From IMG/VR virus record IMGVR_UViG_3300034760_000013, positions 1-63,820 of that record: 63,820 nucleotides of DNA; one strand, given 5' to 3'. Under the pieces are notes generated by a model. That model was given only the letters and a program-made list of their open reading frames with translations. It made no database searches and was not told the DNA's origin. The position numbers were made by a program, and so were the translations under genes. Below, in pieces: positions 1 to 8,085 of this stretch (within the stretch, counting starts at the first letter, position 1; the number at the start of each line of letters is the position of its first letter). This stretch comes from a virus.

Positions 1-127
1 CGCGCCCGACCGCGCTCTCGGCGTCGAACCAGACCAACATCTACACCACCGACTACCGCGCCATGTACAAGATGGCGCTGACCGGCTTCGCGCACGCCGC
101 GGCTGGCGACCACAAGCTCGCGGCCGC
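1..127. repeat. Terminal overlap: bases 1-127 are identical to 63694-63820 (circular closure of the contig)
   Basis: Base-by-base comparison of the two ends shows 127/127 identity. An ORF reads continuously across the junction. Confidence 0.95.
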
Positions 128-221
128 CTTCCTGCAGGGCGCCCAGCAGCAGATCCAAGAAATCCTCATCGCCAGCGACCTCGTCCGACGGACGCAGGTC
201 TACGACTACGGAGCCGCATAA
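1..221 (+). CDS. 3' end of the wrap-around adaptor-like virion gene that starts at 62655 (partial in this window)
   Basis: The frame is continuous with 62655..63820 through the 127-bp overlap. Stop TAA at 219-221, and the next gene's ATG follows at 222. Confidence 0.8.
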   Translation, partial: RPTALSASNQTNIYTTDYRAMYKMALTGFAHAAAGDHKLAAAFLQGAQQQIQEILIASDLVRRTQVYDYGAA

Positions 222-917
222 ATGGCCGATACCACCACCACCCTCTTGGCAATCACCAAGCCCGAAGTCGGCTTCTCCGACAATTCGTGGGGCACCAAGT
301 GGAACACGAACGCTGACGTCATCGACAAGGCCGTTCGCGACCTGGGCGGCGAGATCGCGACGACAGGCTCTTCGTCAGCCTACGCGCTGACGCCAAACAT
401 CGCCTGGACGAGCTATGCCAATGGTCGCTCGATCCGCATGATCGCCCACGCGACATGCGTCGCGGCACCGACCTGCAACGTCTCTGGCCTGGGCAGCAAA
501 TCCCTCAAGAAAATGGCCGTCTCCGGCGGCGTCCCCATCGCGCTGGCGGCCAACGAGCTCATGGTCAACGGCGTCTACGACGTCGCCTATAACACAGCGT
601 CGGACGCGCTGATCGTCCTCAACCCGACCCCGATCGCGAGCTCGGTCTCGGTCCTGACCGGGACCGCAGCGCAGGCCTACAACGGTCTCCTTGCGGCGAA
701 CGGGGTTACGTCACAGGACGTCACCGTGACGGGCGCGGCGGTCGGGGATGTCTGCCTCGCGGGCCTGACCTGGGTGGGAAACAGCAACGACTTTTTCGTT
801 GAGGCAAAATGTCTGACCGCCAACACCGTCAAGGTGACGATCCTCAACAACAGCTCGGTCAACAGTCAGCAGCTAGGCCCAGGCGGGACGATCAAAGTGA
901 TCGTCTTCAAGACGTAA
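222..917 (+). CDS. Tail-fibre-like virion protein
   Basis: 231-aa ORF. The N-terminus LLAITKPEVGFSDNSWGTKWNTNADVIDKAV matches the common phage tail-fibre N-terminal motif (L.KP..G...WG..lN.N.d.iD). It lies in the tail module. Confidence 0.65.
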   Translation: MADTTTTLLAITKPEVGFSDNSWGTKWNTNADVIDKAVRDLGGEIATTGSSSAYALTPNIAWTSYANGRSIRMIAHATCVAAPTCNVSGLGSKSLKKMAVSGGVPIALAANELMVNGVYDVAYNTASDALIVLNPTPIASSVSVLTGTAAQAYNGLLAANGVTSQDVTVTGAAVGDVCLAGLTWVGNSNDFFVEAKCLTANTVKVTILNNSSVNSQQLGPGGTIKVIVFKT

Positions 918-920
918 GCC

Positions 921-2681
921 ATGCCCGACATCGAGCTCCCGCCAGGCATCGTCAAAACGCAAAGTGGAGCGGCCGCAATGGGCCGCTACACCGACGCCGA
1001 CAAGGTGCGCTTCATCGCGGGCAAGCCGCAGAAAATCCGCGGCTGGAGCAAGTTCTTCCCGACAGCTCTGACCGGCGTGCCGCGCGGGGTGCTGTCCTTT
1101 GTCGGCCCTACGGGGCAGCCCGTCCTGGCGGCCGGCACGGAAAGCCACCTCTACTTCGTCGACTCGGCTGGCAATGTTGCTGACATCACGCCGCTACGGG
1201 CCGCAGCCGCAACGATCAACAACAACCCAATCGCCACGACAAACGCCAGCGCCGTGGTCACGATCACCGACACGGCGCACGGCGCATCGACCGGGGCGCG
1301 CGTGACCATCGCTGGCGCCACCGCAGTCGGCGGCATCACGGTGGTGGGCACCTACACCCTGACCGTGATCAACGACAATTCCTACACGATCACGCATGGC
1401 TCAGCGGCCACCTCCACGGCCTCTGGCGGTGGCGCGGCAGTCACGGCCGCCTATACGATCAATCCCGGCCAGGTCAGCTCCGCGGCGTCGAGCGGCTACG
1501 GATCCGGTGCCTACGGGATGGAAGCCTACGGCACCCCGCGCACGCTCTCGATGCTCACACTCGAGCACCGGCATTGGTCCCTCCATAACTACGGGGACAA
1601 CCTGCTCGCCACTCCTGGGACAGGCGGCGTCTATCTCTACGATGACGATGTCGACACCACGGCGCAGCCGATCGCAAATTCCCCGACCGACTGCCGCTAT
1701 TCGTTCGTCACCGAGGAGCGCTTTATCCACGCGCTCTGCGACGACATGTACGTCAGGTGGGCCGACGTCGACGACATCACCGACTGGTCGCCGAGCGAGC
1801 TGGACACGGCCAACACGCGCCGGCTCCAGGTCGGATCAAAGCTCATTGCTGGTGCCAGCCTGGGCGGTGGCATCACGCTGATCTGGACCGATCGCGCGGT
1901 CTACACGCATCAATATCGCGGCGACGAGTTCATCTACGAGACGCGTCTCGCAGGTGAGTTCTGCGGCCTGGTCGGGCCCGGCGCATTTGCCATTGCGGAT
2001 GGCTTGGCCTTCTGGGTGAGCCAAGGCGGCTTCTACATGTTCGCCGGCGGCCCCATCCCCATCCCCAACCAGGATGAGATCCGCGCCTGGGTGTTCGACA
2101 ACATGAGCGTCTCCCAGCGCTCCAAGAGTGTCGCTTTCTTCAACCCCCTCGACCGCGAAGTCTGGTTCCTGTTTCCCGGCCCAAACTCAACCGAGCCCGA
2201 CCGCTACGCGATGGTCAACATCGAGGGCTGGATCTGGACGATCGGCAACATTCAGCGCGTCGGTGCAACGACATCCGTGGATGCGCCGAACCGGCCCATC
2301 CTCGCCGACGCTAACGGCTACCTCTACGAGCACGAGCTCGAGGATGACTACAACGCCGACGGCTCTGCCATGGATTGGTACCTCGAGACCGGCCTTTACC
2401 GGCCAGAGGGCGGCGGGGGCAATGTCGACATCTTCGGAATGTCGCCAGACTTCGAGCGCCAGAGCGGCGACATCGAGGTGCTGCTGAGCGCCAAGGCCAG
2501 GCCAAATTCGACGCTGATCGACGACGAGATCCTGACCTTCACAGAGCAGACTGAGATCGCCGACGCGCGCGTCCAGGGCCGCTACTTCAAATTCCGCATG
2601 AGCCAGACAGATGTGGTCGACGGCGACTTCCGCCTGGGTGTCCCCGTCCTGCTCGTGCAGCCCGCGGGTGATCGACCATGA
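921..2681 (+). CDS. Virion structural protein (tail/nozzle candidate)
   Basis: 586-aa ORF packed between tail-fibre-like genes. Coding-like composition. No specific motif recognised. Confidence 0.6.
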   Translation: MPDIELPPGIVKTQSGAAAMGRYTDADKVRFIAGKPQKIRGWSKFFPTALTGVPRGVLSFVGPTGQPVLAAGTESHLYFVDSAGNVADITPLRAAAATINNNPIATTNASAVVTITDTAHGASTGARVTIAGATAVGGITVVGTYTLTVINDNSYTITHGSAATSTASGGGAAVTAAYTINPGQVSSAASSGYGSGAYGMEAYGTPRTLSMLTLEHRHWSLHNYGDNLLATPGTGGVYLYDDDVDTTAQPIANSPTDCRYSFVTEERFIHALCDDMYVRWADVDDITDWSPSELDTANTRRLQVGSKLIAGASLGGGITLIWTDRAVYTHQYRGDEFIYETRLAGEFCGLVGPGAFAIADGLAFWVSQGGFYMFAGGPIPIPNQDEIRAWVFDNMSVSQRSKSVAFFNPLDREVWFLFPGPNSTEPDRYAMVNIEGWIWTIGNIQRVGATTSVDAPNRPILADANGYLYEHELEDDYNADGSAMDWYLETGLYRPEGGGGNVDIFGMSPDFERQSGDIEVLLSAKARPNSTLIDDEILTFTEQTEIADARVQGRYFKFRMSQTDVVDGDFRLGVPVLLVQPAGDRP

Positions 2682-3745
2682 TGCCGGTTGCGCTCCCAGG
2701 GCGCCCCGCCAGCCAGTCCGTCGAGCACCGGCTTGAGTTCATTGAAAAGGCAATCCAGGAGATCGTCAGATCGAGCCGGATCGAGCCGCAGGCGACCGCG
2801 TCATCGGGATCCTACAACCCAAGTAACGTCGCGATCACCGGCGGCAGTATCACCGGCATTACCGACTTGGCGGTGGCCGACGGCGGCACTGGCGCAAGCA
2901 CCGCTGCGAACGCACGAACCAATCTCGGGCTTGGCACGATCGCCACCCAGGCCGCGAGCGCTGTCGCGATCACCGGCGGCTCTGTCACCGGCATCACAGA
3001 CATCACCATCGCAGACGGTGGCACTGGCGCGAGTTCGGCATCGGCTGCGCGCACCAATCTCGGGCTCGGCACCGCCGCAACCCAAGACACAGGCACCAGC
3101 GGTGACACCATCCCGGTGCTTAACTCCGCAAACACCTGGGGTGCTGTGCAGACCTTCTCGGCCGGCAGCTCCAGTCTCCCCGGCGTCGCCGTGGGCGCCG
3201 CCGACACTGGCGTCTACAAGTCGGGCACCTTTGTCGGGCTCGCTGCCGAAGGCGTCTCCAAATTCCGCGTGGCCGGCTCGAGCGCCTACTGCCAGCCTGT
3301 TTATGACAACACCACCGCCAGCGCGGCCAACGTCCAGGTTGCCTCCGATGGCCGACTGAGCCGCTCGACCTCATCGCTGCGATACAAGCAGGATGTCCGA
3401 AACCTCGACATCACCCTGGCGAAGATCGCCAGCCTCCGGCCTGTTCTCTACAAGAGCCGACAGGTGGCGCAGGACGGCACGCGCGACTACGCCGGTCTGA
3501 TCTCCGAAGAGGTCAATTCAGCGGGCCTTAGCGCCTTCGTCGAGTTCAACGGTGAGGGCAAGGAAGAGGGTATCGCCTACGCGCCGCTCGCGGCCGTTAT
3601 TGCAGTCAACCTGGCCAAGCACGCAGTCGCGCTGCGCACCAGGATTCTTGATCTGGAAGCCAGGGTGGCGGCGCTGGAGACCTCACCGCAGGGGTCCGCG
3701 CCTGACACCGTGTCAGGAGAACCGCTTGAAGCTGCGCCGGAATGA
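2678..3745 (+). CDS. Tail fibre with C-terminal intramolecular chaperone (Peptidase_S74-like) domain
   Basis: Tandem fibre repeats ITGGS.TGITD...ADGGTGAS...ARTNLGLGT occur twice. The C-terminal SSLRYKQDVRNL...LRPVLYKSR...GLISEEV... is typical of the auto-cleaving endosialidase-chaperone domain and is followed by a coiled coil. Confidence 0.8.
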   Translation: MMPVALPGRPASQSVEHRLEFIEKAIQEIVRSSRIEPQATASSGSYNPSNVAITGGSITGITDLAVADGGTGASTAANARTNLGLGTIATQAASAVAITGGSVTGITDITIADGGTGASSASAARTNLGLGTAATQDTGTSGDTIPVLNSANTWGAVQTFSAGSSSLPGVAVGAADTGVYKSGTFVGLAAEGVSKFRVAGSSAYCQPVYDNTTASAANVQVASDGRLSRSTSSLRYKQDVRNLDITLAKIASLRPVLYKSRQVAQDGTRDYAGLISEEVNSAGLSAFVEFNGEGKEEGIAYAPLAAVIAVNLAKHAVALRTRILDLEARVAALETSPQGSAPDTVSGEPLEAAPE

Positions 3746-4188
3746 TCGCGCGGCTCGCCACGCCCGACGACTTCCCCGAAGTCATGCGGCTGCTGCGCAA
3801 GTTTCATGTCGAGAACGGCATGGCGCCGCTGGATCCCGACCGCGTAGCGGCTGCGGTGAGTGAAATGGGCGCCGATAAAGCCCTTTGGGTGGCTCAAAGA
3901 GGCGAAGCGCTTGTCGGATTGCTCGGAATCGCAGAGAATCCGATCTGGTACGCCGCTGCTCAATATCGGCAGCTTGTGGATCGTTTCCTTTACGTCGAGG
4001 AGGGGCATCGCTCCTCCGGCGTGGGTCGCAGTCTCACCTCCCTGGCAACAGCCGAGGCCGAGCGACGCGGTCTGCCCCTGTTCATCACAGTCTTAAATCC
4101 AACGAGAGCGGCTAAGCGCGCCCGACAGAAGACCCTTTGGGGCTTTCTCCCGGTCGGATGGCTCACCCAGCTCACCAGGAGAGACTAG
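3742..4188 (+). CDS. GNAT-family N-acetyltransferase
   Basis: 148 aa. Contains the acetyl-CoA-binding-like segment VEEGHRSSGVGRSLTSLATAEAERRGL (R/Q-x-x-G-x-G/A pattern). ATGA overlap with the upstream gene. Confidence 0.65.
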   Translation: MIARLATPDDFPEVMRLLRKFHVENGMAPLDPDRVAAAVSEMGADKALWVAQRGEALVGLLGIAENPIWYAAAQYRQLVDRFLYVEEGHRSSGVGRSLTSLATAEAERRGLPLFITVLNPTRAAKRARQKTLWGFLPVGWLTQLTRRD

Positions 4189-5610
4189 ATGTGCGGGCTG
4201 TTTGATCCAGGCGAGAAAAAAGAGACCCAGAAGACCACCGGCCCCCTCGACAAGGAGTGGGAGAGCGCTGCGCGCATTGCGCTGGAGCGCACCCAGGCTG
4301 GCGCCGAGAGACCATTTGAGCCCTACGACGCCGGCAAGCGCGTCGCCCCCTGGGCACAAGACCAGGTCGACGGCTTCAAGCAGATCCGTGATTTCCAGAG
4401 CAGCTCCGGCGATGCCTATAAGCAGGCAAACGGCTGGCTAGGCGCCTACGGCAACGCGCCAGCGTCGCGTGTTTCGGCCGCCAATACCCGCGCAGGGCAG
4501 ACCAGGCCCGGCCAGACCACGGTCGGACGGGTCACGGCAGGCAAAACCAAAGCTGGCGTCGTAAGGGCGGGCCAGACCCAAGCCGGCACGCACGAAGCAA
4601 AGCAGACCACTGCCGGCACAGTCGATGCGGGCGGGCGGATCATCGACGAGAACGGCTACCTGGGCAAAATCAGCGACTACATGAACCCATACCTGGATGC
4701 GGCGCTGGAGCCAGCGCTCCGCGACATCCAGGAAGGCGGCATGAAGCAGCGCCAGGTCATCGGCGCCCGCGCGCAGTCTGCCGGGGCTTTCGGCGATGCG
4801 AGGCAGGGCGTCGTTGAGGGCGAGCAGATGCGCGGCGAGCTCCGCGACATGGGCGATCTGTCGGCTACAGAGCGCGCCAACGCCTACAACCAGGCGATGG
4901 GCTACCGCACGGAGGACATGAACCGGAAGATCGGGGTCGACACTGGCAACCGTGACGCCCGACTGACTTCGGACTTGGGGAACGCTGACCGCTCGCTCAC
5001 CAGCGACATGGCCAACGTCAACCGAGCCTTCCAGAACGACGTCTGGAACCGTGACGCCAAGCTGTCGGCTCAGACCGGCAACCGGGACATCAAGTTCCAG
5101 TCCGATGTTGGCAACGTAAACCGCAAATTTGAGGCCGACGTCGGCAACAGGAACATCAAGTACGACAGCGATCGCGGCAACGTGGATCGCCGCTTCCAGA
5201 GCGACCTTGGCAACGTCAACCGGCGCTTCGAGTCAGACGTCGGAAACGCCAACCGGCAGTTCGCCTCGTCTACGGAGAATGCGCGGCTACGCGAGCAGGG
5301 TCTCGACCGGAAATATAACGCCTCCAACGCCGCCATGGATCAGAGCGCTGCATACGACAGAGCGCAGATGGCGCAGATCGCGGCACTGCTGGCCTCGGGC
5401 GATAAGCAGCAGGGCCACTACCAGAACTACCGGGACGCTGAATACGAGAACTACGTCAACAAGCAGAACCACTACCAGAACCAGAACAACATGTGGCTCT
5501 CCATGCTCGGACGGGCCCAGCTACCCAGCCAGACCACGACCTCAACCCCCACCGCCAATCCCATCCTGGAGTTCCTGGGCTCTGCGGCTGGCTCATACTT
5601 CGGCGCATAG
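4189..5610 (+). CDS. Virion (internal?) protein with ten tandem 11-residue repeats
   Basis: 473-aa ORF. It has heptad-like AGQT repeats and then ten 11-aa repeats (GNRDARLTSDL, GNADRSLTSDM ... GNANRQFASST). Confidence 0.6.
   Translation: MCGLFDPGEKKETQKTTGPLDKEWESAARIALERTQAGAERPFEPYDAGKRVAPWAQDQVDGFKQIRDFQSSSGDAYKQANGWLGAYGNAPASRVSAANTRAGQTRPGQTTVGRVTAGKTKAGVVRAGQTQAGTHEAKQTTAGTVDAGGRIIDENGYLGKISDYMNPYLDAALEPALRDIQEGGMKQRQVIGARAQSAGAFGDARQGVVEGEQMRGELRDMGDLSATERANAYNQAMGYRTEDMNRKIGVDTGNRDARLTSDLGNADRSLTSDMANVNRAFQNDVWNRDAKLSAQTGNRDIKFQSDVGNVNRKFEADVGNRNIKYDSDRGNVDRRFQSDLGNVNRRFESDVGNANRQFASSTENARLREQGLDRKYNASNAAMDQSAAYDRAQMAQIAALLASGDKQQGHYQNYRDAEYENYVNKQNHYQNQNNMWLSMLGRAQLPSQTTTSTPTANPILEFLGSAAGSYFGA
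4945..5274 (+). repeat. 10 x 33-nt (11-aa hendecad) tandem repeat inside CDS 4189..5610
   Basis: Read directly from the translation: consensus GN(R/V)(D/N)R.(F/L).SD(V/L). Confidence 0.85.
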
Positions 5611-5619
5611 GAGACCATA

Positions 5620-6825
5620 ATGGCTTTCGGGAAACTCAATTTTGGCTCCGGCACCGCAGGTGCAACCGGCGGCGCAAGCAGCATGGGCAAGCAGCCCCAG
5701 CAGTCTTGGGGTGGCGCAAAGCCTATGGCCAAGAGCGGCATGGGCCAGCCCCAGATGACGACCATGTCCGCGCCGGTGCCCCCGAAGATGGGCATGCCGC
5801 AGGGCCAGTCCGGCTTTTCCGGCGGCAAGCCAGCCCCCCAGCAGGGCGGCACGGGCATGGGTGCCCTTGGCCAGCTCGCCAAAACTCCGGCCCCTGGCAT
5901 CGCGGCCGCAGCCACCAAGTGGAGCGGCATGCCCAGCTTTGCGCGTGACCAGGCCCGCATGTCCATTGATCGCGCCGACGATCTTGGTGGCGGCAGGCCC
6001 CAGGTCGGCTTTGGCGATGGCTCATTCGGACCAAAGAAAGTTCCACATGACGACCCAAGGCAGGGCGGTGGCCCGAATCTCGGCGGCCCCAATGGCCTGG
6101 AACCCGACCCCAGCGGCCGCAGACCCGATTCTGACGGCGATGGCATCGTCAATTACAAAGACCCAGACTCGCTCAAAATGGGCCGCAAATTCGACTGGGA
6201 CGGGGATGGTACACTAAATCACGCCGACCCGACCCGTGGAGCGACCCCCGACTGGGTCGACAAGGACGGCGACGGCATCCGCAACTGGCACGACGATGAT
6301 TTCGTGAAGCCGCCGGCTGATGGCGGCGGTCGCCAGGATGGTGGCCGCGGTGGCCGCCAGGATGGCGGCGGCATGAGCGCCGAGGAGCAGGAGCGTCAGC
6401 GCGTCGAAGGCGGCATGCGCAATGGCGCCAAGAGAACCGGCCCCGTGCGCATCCTGCCAGATGAAACTGGTGGTCGCGGCTTCGGCGGTCAGGCACCCCA
6501 GCGCATCCCTGGAACAGTGGCTCCGGTTAAGGCCAAGCCGCCGACGTCCCGTGACTGGGACGGCGACGGGATCTTGAACGCGCACGACGACAACAAGCGC
6601 TCTCAGGGCCGTGATCCGAAATCACGCACGAGGCAGGGCACCAGCGAGCAACCGTTGCCCAGCAAGACGCCGGCGAAGCAGGACACCAGCGGCCAGGAAC
6701 TGCCGGGCAAGACGCCGCCGAAGCAAGACACCAGCGGCCAGGAGCTGCCTGCGAGCCAGACGGCCCGCAACCAGGCCAGCCGCTACAAGCGCGGCAAGCA
6801 GAGCAGCCGCAATCGCTACGCCTAA
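5620..6825 (+). CDS. Low-complexity virion protein with four thrombospondin type-3-like Ca-binding repeats
   Basis: 401 aa with AGGAGA RBS. Gly/Pro/Met/Gln-rich N-terminus. Repeats DSDGDGIVNYKDPD, DWDGDGTLNHADP, DKDGDGIRNWHDDD and DWDGDGILNAHDDN. Also 2 x 45-nt repeat KTP(A/P)KQDTSGQELP. Confidence 0.7.
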   Translation: MAFGKLNFGSGTAGATGGASSMGKQPQQSWGGAKPMAKSGMGQPQMTTMSAPVPPKMGMPQGQSGFSGGKPAPQQGGTGMGALGQLAKTPAPGIAAAATKWSGMPSFARDQARMSIDRADDLGGGRPQVGFGDGSFGPKKVPHDDPRQGGGPNLGGPNGLEPDPSGRRPDSDGDGIVNYKDPDSLKMGRKFDWDGDGTLNHADPTRGATPDWVDKDGDGIRNWHDDDFVKPPADGGGRQDGGRGGRQDGGGMSAEEQERQRVEGGMRNGAKRTGPVRILPDETGGRGFGGQAPQRIPGTVAPVKAKPPTSRDWDGDGILNAHDDNKRSQGRDPKSRTRQGTSEQPLPSKTPAKQDTSGQELPGKTPPKQDTSGQELPASQTARNQASRYKRGKQSSRNRYA

Positions 6826-6832
6826 GACAACA

Positions 6833-6853
6833 GCCGGGGCCTAGCGCCCCGGC
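6833..6853 (+). other. GC-rich stem-loop in intergenic region (possible terminator/attenuator without U-tract)
   Basis: GCCGGGGC-CTAGC-GCCCCGGC is a perfect 8-bp stem, followed by a CT-rich stretch. Confidence 0.4.
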
Positions 6854-6881
6854 CCCTCTCTCTCGATAGGAACACAGCCCC

Positions 6882-8084
6882 ATGGCCTACGGCCCGCAGC
6901 CCGCTGATCTAAGCACCGCTCTGCAATTCCTCACGGCGCGTCAGCCTGCTGGCGTGCAGATGGCGTTCGCCGGCAACGGTCTGCCGACGCACGAGGCCGC
7001 TGGCGGCATGGCTGTGCAACCGCTGCCTAATGGCGGTCTGCAGTTTGGCGGCAAAGCCGTTCCTCCCGCCGGCCTTCCGGCAGCGACCGGCCAGGCCTAT
7101 CCCGGTATGGATGCCAACTGGCAGGGCGTGGGCGCCGCCCAGCGGCAGTTCGACACGCCAGTCGTGCAGCCGCAGTCGCCGCTCCAGAACATCGTTGCCA
7201 CCCTTGGCCCCGCCAGCCTGGGCCCAGAGAAGCAGGAAGCCACGCGCGGCGCGCTCGCACAGCTCTCGGACTTCATCAGCGGCAAGGCGGCCTCACAGCC
7301 GAACGGTCTCGGCGGGCTCGTCAGCGATGCCGCACAAGGTGCCTACAATCCCGAGCGCACCGACGGTCTAAGCACGGTGGTCAACGGCTTCGCCAAGGGT
7401 TCAAAGGCCAGGGCAGAGCGCGAGGAGCGCAAGCGCGCCCAGGTGCTCGCCGAGGAAGATCGCGAGTGGAAGAAAGAGGATCGCCAGATGTCTCGCGAGG
7501 ACCGCGAGCTCGAGCGCGAGGAATACCGGCGCAAGGTCGCCGATGAAGAGGACGACGAGCTCTACGGCCGCGGTCGCGACAGCAAGCAGGACGCCCGCCA
7601 GGCCGAGGCGGATGAGCGGGCGAAGCGCGAGGGCTCCTACCAGGAGATCATCACTGAGCTGAACATCAAGACGAAGCTGAAAGAGTTGGAGCTTCTGGAG
7701 GACCAGGGCGTCGATCCCAAGCTCGCCAACGACATCGCCACCAGCCGCGCCAGCGTGCGCCGCTCGATCATGGATAAGTATGAGAAGAAGGACGAGTTCG
7801 GGGAAACGGTACCGCTGACCCCCCAGGAACTCACAGCCATTGAAACTGAGGTCGATCGCGAGCTCCCAATGAGACGCGCCCCGGAACCAGCCGGCGGCGG
7901 CAGCAGCGAGGCGCCGCGGCAGAGTGACTTTGGCGGCTTTGTCAAAGGCAGCGGCAAGAGCGAGGCGGATCCAGTCACCCTGACCGGCACGGCCGAGCAG
8001 AAGCGCAAAGCCTTCCAGGCACTCCCGAGTGGGACGTGGGTCAGCAATCCAGGAGGGTCGGTCCCGCTAGGCCAGAAGCCCTAA
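6882..8084 (+). CDS. Virion internal protein candidate with a charged coiled-coil centre
   Basis: 400-aa ORF. Central highly charged E/R/K/D helical region. Position within the block of large virion proteins. Confidence 0.55.
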   Translation: MAYGPQPADLSTALQFLTARQPAGVQMAFAGNGLPTHEAAGGMAVQPLPNGGLQFGGKAVPPAGLPAATGQAYPGMDANWQGVGAAQRQFDTPVVQPQSPLQNIVATLGPASLGPEKQEATRGALAQLSDFISGKAASQPNGLGGLVSDAAQGAYNPERTDGLSTVVNGFAKGSKARAEREERKRAQVLAEEDREWKKEDRQMSREDRELEREEYRRKVADEEDDELYGRGRDSKQDARQAEADERAKREGSYQEIITELNIKTKLKELELLEDQGVDPKLANDIATSRASVRRSIMDKYEKKDEFGETVPLTPQELTAIETEVDRELPMRRAPEPAGGGSSEAPRQSDFGGFVKGSGKSEADPVTLTGTAEQKRKAFQALPSGTWVSNPGGSVPLGQKP

Positions 8085-8085
8085 G

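Noticed and set aside
1-127. Interpreting the 127-bp end repeat as a biological direct terminal repeat
   Set aside because: It cuts through the middle of an intact gene, and its length equals a common maximum assembler k-mer. It is more likely a circularisation overlap, though only read-level terminus analysis can settle this.
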